Assembly: GCA_013265495.1 (NCBI GenBank)
Contig: MU057503.1
Coordinates: forward strand, 372,001 to 436,000
Source of the DNA: Vicugna vicugna
Taxonomy: Eukaryota
Direction of reading: 5' to 3'
DNA length: 64,000 bases
A model generated the notes under the pieces. That model saw only the letters and a program-made list of their open reading frames with translations, did not search any database and was not told the DNA's origin. Shown here piece by piece: positions 40,696 to 53,340 of this stretch; positions within the stretch are counted from its first letter, which is position 1; the number at the start of each line of letters is the position of its first letter. The position numbers and the translations under genes are program-made.

Positions 40696-40853
40696 CGGTT
40701 TGGATTATAAAAATATAGGACACCAGTTAAGTCTGGACTTCAGATAAAGTTGTTGGTTTTTTTTTTTACTACAGGGGACATACATATACTAAAAACTTGT
40801 TTATCTGATGTTCGAATTTAACAGGACGTTCTGTATCTTAACTGACAACACCT
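40696..40853. mobile_element. MER53-like palindromic hAT MITE
   Basis: aaaatataggacaccagttaa...ttcagataaa...gggacatacatatactaaaaa...tttatctga...atttaacaggacgttctgtat. Confidence 0.7.
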
Positions 40854-40889
40854 GCTTACTTTTTCGTCAAATGATTTAACTTTCCAGAA

Positions 40890-42600
40890 GAATCGCGAAA
40901 TGGGAGGCAAAGTAACCGGCCTAACCTAAAAGCAGGTGAGGCTCATAGCAATCAATGGGCCTTCCTCCAAACTTGGCCTTTAAAAAAAAAAACAAAAAAC
41001 CCCCCCACAAATCCCAGGAGCCTGCGCATTAAAGCGAGCCGCGCAGCAGCTTTCCCGCCGGTTTTCTGCGGGCAGCAGCTCGGCGGCCACGCCGCGGGGT
41101 GGAGCGCATGTGGCCGTGTCCTCGCCGGACGGGAAAGGAGGTGCCGGAAACTTTCAGCCCCGCCAGAGTACAACGTGTCCACTTAGACGGCGGTAAGTGC
41201 CGCCATCTTCTTTGCGGGCAGAGAGCGGGAGAAGTTAGGGGCTCCACTTTGCCCCGTTAAGTGGATGGGGGGCATGGCCCGCGGCCTCAGCACGCCGGTG
41301 ACGTGGACTTGGGGTCCCCCTTTGGGGCTTATTTCTAGTGACACGTCGAAGTTTGCCAAGGCGGGGAAAAGGGACGCCGCCTCTGTCCCGGATGTAAGAT
41401 GGCGGCGCGGGGGGTGGCCTGGCGGGGCGGTCACGTGGTGGGGAGTAGCGCGCGAGCCTCCTTAAGTGATCTCTATGGTTCGTCCGGACTCACTGGAGCA
41501 GCGGAGCGCGAGACGCGGCGTGTGTCCACGCGCGCCGAGCTGCCGCCGCCGCCGCCGTCACCCATCCCGCCGCCCGGCCCGGTTTCAGTTTGACGGGGTT
41601 TTTCTTTTGTTTTCTTCTCGCCTCCTGCGGGGTGCACGGGATTTCCCCGCAGGGCGCTGGGGAGCAGGTCGCCTGGGGACTTCCGGGCTGTGCCTTCGTT
41701 TCTGACCCCGGCGCCGGAGCCGGCGTCCGCCTCTGCGGGAAGCGCCCCGGGCGTTCTCCCGCCCGGAGAGCCGGCCCCGCGGCGGGTGTAAGGGAGCGCG
41801 GCGCCGGTGGGGGCCCTGCCGCCGCCCAGCCCCCACCGCCGGCCGGGCAGGGAGGGGCGCGGGCGGCACAGCCCTAGGACGTCGCGGGAGCGCGGCGGGG
41901 ACGGCCGGGCCGGCGGCGGGCGAAGTGCGGGAGCGCTGCCCGCCGCCTCTCGGGGCCGTCCGGGTCCCCTAGTCGTCTGCTGCGCTTTTGCCGCCCGTTT
42001 CCTGGTCTCGAGTGGCCCGGGGGGCCGCGTCCCCTCGGGGCGGCGGACGGAGCGGCTGCCTCCGCCAGGAGCCCTCCACACCTTTTCTCTTTCCAGAGCG
42101 GCGGGTTACGTAGAGAACGCCGGCCCTGCCTGCCCCGGGCGCCGGCGCCGTGGTGATTCCCGGGGCGCGCCCGGTGCGGCCGAGCGGCGCGGCGCTGGGC
42201 GGGGTCTCCGGGCGCGGCGGGGAAGGGCAGGGGCGCCGGGCCGACGTCGGCGGCCAAGGAAGGACGGAGGAGCGCCGGAGCCGCTTCGCTCGCCTCAGCG
42301 TGGTCCGGTGCCTCCCGACACCATGGCCCTGGCTGAGGTAGTAGTTTGTGCTGTTGGTCGGGTTGTGACATTGCCCGCTGTGGAGATAACTGCGCAAGCT
42401 ACTGCCTTGCTAGTGCTGGTGATGCTCAGCGCCGCGGAGGACAATGACTGGGAATCCCCTTTGTTTTCCGGGGCGCGGGGGCAACCCTCGGAGCCCCGGC
42501 CCTGCTGCTGCCACGGAAACCGTTACTTTTGCATTTTCCTGGAGGGAGGGAAGGGATTGCGGGAGCCGGGTGGACCGGGGCGTTTTTAAACGGGGGACGA
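40890..42600. promoter_or_regulatory. CpG island and promoter of the let-7i primary transcript, probably bidirectional
   Basis: Very high GC and CpG density. YY1 motif AAGATGGCGGC at 41396-41406 (+) and 41199-41209 (-); GC box 41424-41430; E-box GTCACGTGG 41430-41438; ETS-like CCGGATGT 41388-41395 and ACTTCCGG 41679-41686. Confidence 0.9.
42329..42412 (+). ncRNA. MIRLET7I: let-7i precursor hairpin; mature 5p 42334-42355, 3p 42390-42411
   Basis: Exact let-7i-5p TGAGGTAGTAGTTTGTGCTGTT and 3p CTGCGCAAGCTACTGCCTTGCT. LIN28 GGAG motif in the loop (42382-42385); CNNC motif (CAGC, 42427-42430) downstream. The position 3' of MON2 matches known mammalian synteny. Confidence 0.99.
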
Positions 42601-45536
42601 GCTAAATCTTTGGATTCGCTGTTTGCTTATGAAGGAAGGAATGAAATTGTGTGCGATATTGACACATAACTTTTTCACCCTAAATAATTTTAACGCTTTT
42701 TTCAGTAGTTGATGCAAAATTGAGTTTGTACCTCTTTCATCTCGTTTCTTAGCTGTAGGTCAGAGTGGAGTGAGGTATCTTGTGCAGAACTGGCATTGGG
42801 GGCAGAATAGTAGACCCATTAATTATAAAGTTTATGCCTTAACATTTTAAATCTTTTTTTGATACACTTCATCGATAAGTTTAAGAGTTGTAAAGATGTA
42901 AATCCAAAGCAATTAAAAGTTTGTTTAAACTTTGTTGCAGCTCCTTGAATGAGAAGATTGAATTTATAGTTCAGTGCACTTCTGAGATTTTATAATGTAT
43001 GAGGCAAATAAACTCTTTCTACAGTGTGCTGTGTTTTCTTTCTTTTTAGTTTAACTTTGGGGGCTCATTCTGCTGGTGTGGTCGGGTTTTTTGGCCTTTG
43101 ATTGTCATGTTATATGGTAATTACATCGTATTTTAGTGTGGAAGGAAAGGATTTAGGTACAGGCTAAAAGTATGGTTTCTGGATGTTTTGAATTTAAAAC
43201 CTATAATGCCTGTTTTGATTCGTGAAGTACCACTACAAATAGGAAAATACCATTCTTACAAAGAAAAGTGTAGTTTGGGTAATTGATATTTTAAATACTC
43301 TGAAGTCTGGGTGGAAGAGATGATTGTATTTTTGAAATTTTAATGTCAGTGAGAAACTGATGGTAAATTTTAACACTGAGAAAACTGATCTGGTTTTGAT
43401 TTGTGCAGGATAATTAGCTTTGAATGTGATACAATCACAAGCATCCTATGGCTTAATTTTTGATGCACAGTTTAAAAAAAGGCGTCTGCTAAGAAAAAAG
43501 TGCATATAAGGAGAAAAAATTTGAAAGCCAACTGTATCCTTTTTGTCTCCTTCAGCAGGAGTTTGATGCTTTCATAATTCAGAAGTGATCTAATAAGAGT
43601 GCTTTGATTTGGTTTGGTTTAGCTTTGAGAGATAGCTCGCTCAGGCTGATCTCATCTGGATAGAGCTGCCTCATTGTGGGAAGGACAGTGCAGAACCTTA
43701 TGTTGAATCTTAAGATGCAGAAAATAGTTGAATGTTGGCTCTTTGAGTTTGCTTTCTTGATATCAAAGAGTAAAGTAAATGCAGGACTTCATTAAGTGTC
43801 AGTTCTTTTAAATGGTGAAGATCTGGGTGCTCTGTCAAGTCTTGATTTATGGAGAAACTAATAAAATTCTAATTAGTGTATAATTTTCATTTTCCAAAGG
43901 ACTTCATTTAGCCAGCCAAGCTAATCCTCGCCCAACAGAGGTCATCTTTCCCACTACACTATGTAACAGTTTATAGAGGATCAACAGTTGTTAATTTGTA
44001 CCCCAAGTATTACAGATTCTGCCAGTAATTTACTGCACTTTTAAGGATAGGAAGCTGTGCTATGTAGATAAATTATTCATAGTTTATCCCCTGCTTTTAA
44101 AGTAAATTTCACCCAAGACTATATTGCCCACATAGTAGGAACATTTTGAATGTAGAGGTACTTTATATATTATTATTATTTGCTAAATTATAAGAGAAAA
44201 TACTGCCCCAGCCAATGTATTTTTAGTACCATAGTTATATTTCTGCTCTAGTCTCCAATTTAAAAAATTAGCCTTTCACTTTTGCATTTGTTGTTTACAT
44301 TTCTCTACACACAGGTGAAAATTACCTACTGAACATTTTTACTGTTGACAATTTCCTACAAGATGAGTTTGCCTTATCAGTACAACTTTCCAATCTTTGA
44401 CATTTACTTGGCACAGTTAACTTTTTCGTTGACCTGTTGTCAAGCATTTAAGTAATTTGTAGTAGCAAAAAGCCACTAATGAGAAAGAATAAGGCAGTAT
44501 TTTGGGTGTTCTTTTCAGTAAGTAGCAGACCAAAGGAAAGCTGGGTTATGGTAATAACATTTTAATAAGTGTTACCCTCAGTTACTGGAAATACGGATGC
44601 TATTGTGTATGGGACACCTAGGGAAGATGTGTGGGTAACAGTTTTACTTCATGCCCCATAGTCAGAATTTCTAATTGTTAATCTTATATATAAAAACTTT
44701 GTTTATAAGCTATTTAAACATAAAATTGCCTTTTGGCAGGTGGGCCAGGGTAGACTGTCTTGTAGGGTGGCCCCAAAAGAATTCTTGCCAGAGGAACCTG
44801 ACAGCAGAGATGATTAGCTCTTCAGTGTATGCGAATAAGGTGCCAAGAAGGCTGTGAAATTTCTTCACAATTACCCATTCTTTTCCCTTACTGTATGTTA
44901 CACACCACCCCCTCCATAGTTTAAAAAATAAAAAAAAAGAGGTACCACTGAACACTCCTGTCTAATTTCTGCAACAAAAGGAAAATAGGACAGTTGTCTT
45001 CAAAAGTGAATTAGGCCGGATTGGTAATACCCATGAGAAGAATATAGCCATTGTCAAAGTCTAAAAAGCCACTGGAGCCACTGATGTCTAGATAATTGAG
45101 GCAGAAATATTAAAATCACTTGAATGATTGTCTAACACAATTCATTAAGTGTTCTTGTTAGAATATCACTTTTAGGTACCATGGGGAAAGCAGAATAATT
45201 GTATGGTCAGGTCACTGCCCCAGATACATGACAGAACATAAAGTGCCTAAGAATCAAAATGTGGGCAGTGACCTAGGTTACCTTTGAGACCTGGCAGGAA
45301 ACAAGTGGGTGAAAGAGCTGAATGGGTAAGTATGGAACATTTAGAATACAGCTCCTGTAACACAGATGTCTTGATTATGTTTCTTGCCTCTAGTAGTCAT
45401 TCTAAAAGTGGAATCGGAGTCTTGCAGATGAAAGTCACACTTGTAATGATACTGTGGCTGGCTTATGTTTTAGTCTTGTTATCTGCTGCGGTATGTTGAG
45501 GTATTACCTGAGTTTGCTTAAGAGAAATACTATTGA

Positions 45537-45660
45537 GGGGCGTGGCTATATCTTAGTGGTAGAGCAGGTGCCTAGCATACATGAGATTCTGGGTTCAATC
45601 CCCAGTACCTCCATTAAATAAATAAATAAACCTAATTGCCCTTCCCCACACACAAAGAAA
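45537..45660 (+). mobile_element. Short tRNA-derived SINE (camelid Vic-1-like)
   Basis: ...agtggtagagc...gggttcaatccccagtacctccattaaataaataaataaacctaattgcc. Confidence 0.85.
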
Positions 45661-46824
45661 TGTTTCACATGGCATATACTGTGCTTTTTTTTTCTTTAGC
45701 TCAAGTTGAGAGTTATTTAGTTAGATTTTCATTTAACAGTTACCTTTCTTCAAAAGTACTGTTTTGTTCACATGTAGTGGGATTGGACCTCTTACATAGA
45801 CATCTGGGCACTAAATTTGAATAGGCTTCTTTTAAACTGCATCACTGACACCCAACAGTACAAATTTGGTTATGAACAAACCTAAGATAGGAGTCTTGTC
45901 GATTTTACAGGGTAAGTTCATAGTTCTTACTCCTTTTTCCACCTCAAACTCCTTTTTCCACCTCAAACACCACTTGCTGAAAATACACCATTTGCTTTTA
46001 GCTGGAATTCAAATTCTGTTAGTTCCATTGTAATATAATTGAGAATGTTTTATCATGGAGGTCATGGTTTCTCAGAAGGCCAAATCGTGTTGAAGAAAAG
46101 TAAACTAGGGACTAAAAAGTGTCCACAGACATTGGCAATTTAGATCATCCATGTAGTCGTTACGCTGTGTTTTCTGTTATAAGTGAAAAGTCTCTAAGTG
46201 CTCTCTGAGCAACAAACTACAATTATGTGTGTTTCACACCACTTTGAACTTTAACAAAAAAGTGTTAAGATTCAGAGGCTGCTATTTCAATGTTCTTCAC
46301 GCAGTGTATTTTAAAGCCCTTATTGAACAGAAAAGCGTTACTATATAGATAACATGGCGTGTGCGAATCGTAATAGTAATGCTGACTTACTCCACATGGC
46401 AGAAAGAGCTGACTGAAAGCAAGTACACAAATGGAAACTTTCCCCTATTTTTTAAAAAAACAAATTTGCATACTATTTAATAAGACAGGTTAACAGTGAT
46501 GAGAATAAGAATCCTACCTGCCTTTAATTTTTTTTTAGTGACTGAAACTCATACAGAATAAATGTGTTCCAGAAAAATCCATTCATTCATTTTGTTTAAC
46601 ACGTATGTTGAGTACCTCCCATGTAGCAGGCACGGGGATACTCAGTAGACTAAAATGAGCAAGTCTCTGCCTTTAATGGAACGTACATTCTAATGGGAAT
46701 ACATTTGTCTAAAATAACAATAATAGCCATGTAGTGATTGCTCTCCATGGGCCACTTGGGTTGTTTTCAAACTTACGTTCCACTCAGGTACCCACTCTAA
46801 ACCCTTGCTCCAGGACCACTAGTG

Positions 46825-46827
<3 letters not shown>

Positions 46828-46856
<29 letters not shown>
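46828..46856. repeat. (TG)14 microsatellite
   Basis: Directly visible. Confidence 0.95.
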
Positions 46857-46858
<2 letters not shown>

Positions 46859-47329
46859 GCCATTTTCCCATTGATTTTTGGTGTAATTGTAGCTGCATTA
46901 AAAAATTATTATAGTTCTGGTAGTGCAGCACAGACTAGCATCTGGCTATGCACAATCTTTAGATTTCTCATAAGATAGACATTGCATTTTGTGATGAACA
47001 TTCTCAACATTATGAGTTTAAAGATGAGTGTGCTGTGAGTTGGGTGTTGGCCCCATAGGACGCACGTCTCTAGAGCAGAGTGTGGGGTTGTAGTGCTGCA
47101 GGCCATGGAGAGCCAACTGTGAGCCTTGCTGGGAATGAGTACAAGAGAGAGTCAAATATTTAGTCCTGCCTTTTACAAATGACACCTTAGGGTAACTAGT
47201 TTGTGAGGGAGATTTTTTTTTCATTATAAAATAATTCCAGCTTAAAAATACAGCCAGTATGATAGAAATAGGACATCAACCTTTTCCAACAGGTAATGAA
47301 ATAATCAAGCTAGGCATCCTCAGTGGCTA

Positions 47330-47660
47330 TTTAAACTATTAAGTGAGTGCTGGTGGGGAGTGATTTAAGGCATGGATCAGGCTGACACCACCTGAACCCA
47401 GTGATCAGTTTCAACATTACAAAACCGGAGACAGCTGCATCCTGAGGTGATCCTGTAGAAGTGCAGAACACCATCCATGAAGTTACATAATTGAACTTCA
47501 CTCCTCAGACTTCTAGATCTGACTCACTTATAAGAGATGTAAGATTCAGAGGAACGTGTTAAACCACCACAGGATGCAATTAGCAAAATCCACATTGGAA
47601 AATTCTACAAGACAAATGACTGATCTTTTTTAAAAAAGTAAATTGCAAGAAAAAGGGAGG
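47330..47660 (+). mobile_element. Old L1MC/MD-like 3' UTR fragment, apparently continuing at ~49570-49980
   Basis: ggatcaggctgacaccacctgaacccagtgatca...gatgcaattagcaaaatcc; the distal part ends ...ttccataataaaa. Confidence 0.55.
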
Positions 47661-48046
47661 GGAATTTACAGAGTTAACATGGGCTTTTAAAAAACTTACA
47701 GCTCTTGTAGTAGTTCATTATAGTTCTCTAATACACATACAACATAGGAAATAATTATTATTAACATCAAGAAGAGCTTAAATGGGCAAGCTGTGGAGAA
47801 TAACCAGCTTTTACGTACTTTTTGTTATTTTCTGGTGCTTCTCTTCTGGTCCCTCTGTATCCACACAGACTTTTTTCTTGAAGTAAAAACCTATATGAAT
47901 TAAGGGGCATATCTTCAAATGTTCCATATGAAGAGATGACTGGTGTCAACACCTGATTCCTTCTACCCATAACTGACAACTCTCTGGATAGCATCTAAGA
48001 TATTCTGGGCTGAAATCAGTACCTAGGGGACCATTTGAGGTGATTT

Positions 48047-48774
48047 TTTTTTTTTAATTGAAGCAGTCAGTTGTAATCTGTTAACTTCTGGTGTACAGCA
48101 TTATGTCCCAGTCATGCATATACATATATTTGTTTTCGTATTTTTTTGTTAAAGGTTATTACAAGATATTGAACATCATTCCCAGTGCTATACAGAAGAA
48201 AGTTTTTGAAATCTGTTTTTATATATGGTGGCTAACATTTGTAAATCTTAAACTCCCAAATTTATTCCCTCCCACCTCCTTTCCCCGGTAACCTTAAGAT
48301 TGTTTACTATGTCTGTGAGTCTGTTTCTGTTTTGTAGATGAGTTCATAGCATTCCTAGGTCCATCCATGTTGCTGCAAATGGCATTATTGTATTATTTTT
48401 ATGGCTGAGTAGTATTCCATTGTGTAATTTTACCACAACTTCTTTATCCAGTCATCTGTCAGTGGACATTTAGGTTGCTTCCATGTCTTGGCTATTGTAT
48501 ATAGTGCTGCTGTGAACATTGGGGTGCATGTATCTTCAAATTAGAGTTCCTTCCAGAGATAGACCCAGAAGCAGGATTGCTGGATCATGTGGTAGGTCTA
48601 TTTTTAGTTTTTTGAGGAGTCTCTCTACTGTTTTCCACAGTGGTTGCACCAAACTGCCTTCCCACCAACAGTGTAGAAGCTTTCCCTTTTCTCCACACCC
48701 TCTCCAGCATTTATCGTTCATGGACTTTTGAATGATGGCCCTTCTACCTGGTGTGAGGTGATACCTCATTGTAG
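48047..48774 (-). mobile_element. 5'-truncated young L1 (ORF2 C-terminus plus 3' UTR)
   Basis: ORF 48536..48778; perfect 16-bp TSD CCATTTGAGGTGATTT at 48031 and 48775. Confidence 0.93.
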
Positions 48775-48914
48775 CCATTTGAGGTGATTTCTACCCTCAC
48801 TCCCATATCTTTTTCTTAATTAATAGCCCACCAATTATGACTTCCATTTTTCTCTATCCTTCGTCTTATTAGTTCAAGTTATCACCTTGTATATTCAGTC
48901 CATTCTGTTTGCTT

Positions 48915-49560
48915 TTTTAAAAAATTGAGATATAATTGACATATTAACATAATAGTTTCATGTGTTCAACATAATGATTTGATATTTATATACATTGCAA
49001 AATGATCACCACAATAAGTCTGGTTAACATCCATCACTATACATAGTTGCAGGATTTTTTTCTTATGGTGAGAACTTTTAATATCTACTCTCTTAGCAAC
49101 TGTCAAATATGCAACACAGTATTATTAACTATAGTCATGCTGTACATTACATCCCCATGACTTACTTCTTTTACAGTTGGAAGTTTGTACCTTTTGACCC
49201 CCTTCGCCTGCTTTGCCCAACTCCTACCCCCTGCCTCTGGCAAACACGAGTCTGTTCCCTGTATCTATGAGCTTAGGTTTTGTTTTTTGCTTTTTTAGAT
49301 TCCACACATAAACAAGATCATATGATATTTGTCTTGCTCTTATTTCACTTACCATAATGTCCTCAAGGTCCATCCATGTTGCGAATGGCTAGATTGCATT
49401 CTTTTTTATTGCTGAATAATATTCCATTGTATTCATGTACCTCGCCAGTTCTTTATCCATTCATCCATTGTTGGGCACTTAAATATCTTGGCTACTGTAA
49501 GTAATGTTGCAGTGAACATGGTGGTGCATATATCTTTTTGAATTATGTTTTTGTTTTCAT
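48915..49560 (-). mobile_element. L1MA-like 3' end
   Basis: Typical L1MA 3' UTR (aattgagatataattgaca...ctcttagcaac...). Confidence 0.8.
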
Positions 49561-52294
49561 TAAAGTTTAGGACTTAAAGAGACTTAGCAATCAATTGCAA
49601 CGTATAGAAATTGGATCCTGATTTGATCAAAGCAAACTGCAAAAATATGAGACAACTGGAGTAATTTAAATACTGAAAATATTTGAAATTAAAGAACTGT
49701 TGATTTTTGATAATGGTAATATGGTTGTGTTTTTTTAAAAAAATCCTTATCTTTTAGCATATGCATACTTATCCATAAAAAGATATGATGTATAGAAATT
49801 GCTTTATGTCAAAATAATCCATGGTCTGGAGGGGGCGTGTTACGTGGTTGGGAAGTATGCATGAAGGAAGGTTGCCTTTGTGTTGGTTTTTGTTGAAGCT
49901 GGGTGATGGGTACGTGGAGGATCTTTATACTGTTCTACTTTTGCATACATTCAGAATGTTCCATAATAAAAACTAAAAACAACAAGATGACAAAACAAGG
50001 GGAACCAAAGGGAAGAATGAGAACCCATACAAAATCACACAGATTAAAAGGATAAATAATTGTTCTTAGGGTGTCCTTCCTGACCACCTTGAACTCTTTC
50101 TACCACAGGATCAATCCACTTTCCTTATAATCCAGATTAGATTGTTGACTAATACAGTGGAAGTTCACATATGCCTACAGCAGGGATACCATGGTTTAAA
50201 TATATCTATTATAATTAAAACTAATAAATTAGAATAGAATTTATTAGGGACGTGCTTGGAACCTGCACTATTAAGTACTTTGTATGTGTAAAATGCTTCA
50301 ATATTATCCTAATTGTTAATAACATTCTAGTTTAAATATTGGTGTTTTCCTAGTTCTGTAGTCTTTTTCCCTAGAATTATGCCTTATTATTAGTGTACTT
50401 TTTAAAAAGTTCTAAAACAAGTATTCTAAGCTAAAGAAATCCACTGAAAAAAACTTACTTTTTTCTGCCTTGAACTACTTTCTATAAAACTTAGTTCTAT
50501 TTTCATCTTAAGTGATCAGCTATAATTGTTCTAGCATTTTATTAGATTTTTGTGTTTCAACTTAAATTATTCCTTAGCTTTTTTCTTAACCGTCACTGTA
50601 TGTTTTAGAATATTGTATACTAATATATGTTAACTAATATGTTAACTGTTAGCAATTAGTTGATAATAGTGCCAAATGTAGAAGCACAATCTAATAATTT
50701 GAATATTTAATTGTTATTGATTTGGATATATTAGCACACTTGCAAAGGTTAATAAACCAACAATTTGCTTTGGGTCTAAAACAATGATTTTGCATTTCAC
50801 TAGCATAGAAGTCATGTTATTAAATGCCTACTATGTGCCAGGGACACATACATGTATATAAATAATAATACTGAAGGGAAAAGTTCACTAAAGCATTATT
50901 GCTGATATGAATTCTTTTAAAATTTAGGAATATCATCGCTATTTAAATAGTATGTATACTTTAAAATAAAAACTAATGACTGTTTAATTTAGTACCTTAC
51001 TCTGAATACTTAGTGAACCACTACCAGTTCCCCCTGCTTTCCAAAGATAGAGCTTTCCGAAACCTTTCCTAAGCCAAATGATGTAAAGCGAAGAAGCAGT
51101 TTTCTTTTGAGTAAAAGCAAAAATCCTCTTTGGATTTCCTTCAGTTAGCGAAAACAAGTACTAACTTAGGGCTCTATAAAAGCAAAGTAGGGTAAAGTGA
51201 ACCTTGGAAAAGCGTGGGTGCCTGTATCTGGGCTCATTAGTTTTAGACTTTGAACTGAGCTGTGACCTTATCTGCTGCATCCATGGGCGTTTTCTATTTT
51301 AGCCCTGGGACTTCAGTTATTCAATTAATGATAATTACTGTCTCCTGTAGATGTTACAACTACTTACGTCTTTAATACCCTCTGTGACTGTCTGTCAGCC
51401 CTATGGAGTTCATTTTGCTTGAATTGACTAAATATTCCTTAAACTCTCCCTGATTCTGCATTATGACTTTTTCTTTGTTAGCTGAGTTGGTCCTTACCAT
51501 TTTGTTTTAGGGAATCAAACCACCATTTCACCAGTTAGGCATTCCCCAGTAGTCAAGTCTGACAACAAACAGGGATTCAAGAAGCAGAAAATTCCTCCAC
51601 CTGCTTTCCTCCACCACTCTCAGGAAGCCACACATCCAAAAAAATCTAATCCTAAAATACATTGTGCAAATTCCAAAATGCAATCTGGGCATTTTGGTCC
51701 AACATCCATCTTTTTTTCCTTATCATGTGCCTCTTTTTCTTTTTTACAATTAGTAGAATAATTTTTTATGTCTTTCTAGGTGACTCTGGCAAAAAAAATA
51801 ATATTCCCCTTCTCCAAAAGTCATGGTCATTTGGATGGAGTATAAAAGTATAAATTGGTAGTGATGAGATGTCAGGCCTTCTGTATTTTTTTTAATGTAG
51901 GAAGAACATTTTTTCTTGTAAAGCAAGAAAAAATAAGGCGGTGGTGTTACAGGTGTATATGTGGTTTGTGCCTTGTGCAACCTTTGGAGGGAGTTATGAT
52001 GAAATCCATGTGGCTGAGCTCGGCTAAGTGGAAAGTCATGTCGGGACAGATGGAGTTTTGAAGTGCTAAGAAAATGATTTACTGAATCATAAAATTGTTA
52101 AAAAGATTGTAGGCTAATTCCAGAATTTCAGAGCTCAGGGAATAGAAAAGCCATAAGAGCAAGAACAAGAAGAGATCAAGTTGAACACCAGAGTGCACCC
52201 CTGAATGAAATTTGGGAAAAGAGTGAGTTTTCAGGAAAAATGAAAAAGGATCAAGAATCACCCACTCAGTCATTTTTAAACAGTTGTTTATTTG

Positions 52295-53331
52295 TGCATT
52301 TAATTAAGATATAATTGACATGGAATGTTACTAGTTTCAGGTATACCACATAATATATGATATATATATATATATTGCAAAAAGATCACCTCAATAAGTC
52401 TAGTGAGCATCTATCACCACCCATAGTTAGAATTTTTTTTTCTTGTGATGAGAAGTTTTAAGGTCTATGCTCTTAGCAACTGTCAAATATAACACACAGA
52501 ATTGTTAACTTTAGTCACTGTGCTGAATATTACATTCCCCCATGACTTAATTATTTTATAACTAGAAATTTGTACCTTTTGACCACCTTCACCCTTTTTG
52601 GCCACCCTCCACCCCTTGCCTCTGGCAACCACCAGTCTGTTCTCTGTTTCTATAAATTCAGTTTTTATTTTGCTTTTTAGATTCTACATATAAGTGAGAT
52701 CATATGGTATTCTTTTTTTCTCTGACTTATTTCACTTAGAATAATGCCCTCAAGGTCCATCCATGTTGTTGTAAATGGCAAGATTTCATTTTTTACAGCT
52801 GAATAATATTCCATTGCATTTATATATACCACATTTTCTTTATCCGTTTATCCATCAATGAAGACAGGTTGTTTCCATGTCTTGGCTATTGTAAATAATG
52901 CTGCAGTGAACATGGGGGTTCGTATAACTTTTTGAGTGTTTTCCTTTCCTTCAGATAAATACCCAGAAATGGAATTGCTGGAATTGGTAGTTCTATTTTT
53001 AATTTTTTGAAGAACCTCTGTACTGTTTTCCAGAGTGGCTATATCTATTTATATATTCCCACCAGCAGTGCACAGTGACTTCCTTTTCTCCACATCCTCA
53101 CCAGCACTTCTTATTTCTTGTCTTTTTGATGATAGCCAGTCTAACAGGTGTGAGGTAATATCTCATTGTGGTTTTGATTTGCATTTCCCTGGTGATTAGT
53201 GATGTTGAGCATCTTTTCATGTACTTGTTGGCCATCTGTTTTGTTTTCTTTGGAAAAATGTCTGTTTGGATCCTCTGCCCATTTTTTAAATCAAATTGTT
53301 TGTTTTTGCTAATGAGTTATATGAGTTCTTT
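52295..53331 (-). mobile_element. L1MA-like 3' portion, interrupted; resumes at 58930-59020
   Basis: 3' UTR plus ORF2 end; the ORF2 sequence continues after the ATGAGTTCTTT duplication at 58930. Confidence 0.8.
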
Positions 53332-53340
53332 TTTTCTTGT

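Noticed and set aside
40952..42397. Many overlapping long ORFs on both strands (up to 202-260 aa)
   Set aside because: Expected from stop-codon scarcity in a CpG island. The products are Arg/Gly/Pro/Ala-rich with no recognisable domain, and most start at non-ATG codons.
45537..45612. tRNA gene
   Set aside because: tRNA-like A/B boxes but no convincing cloverleaf; an A-rich tail and three similar copies in the window indicate a SINE.
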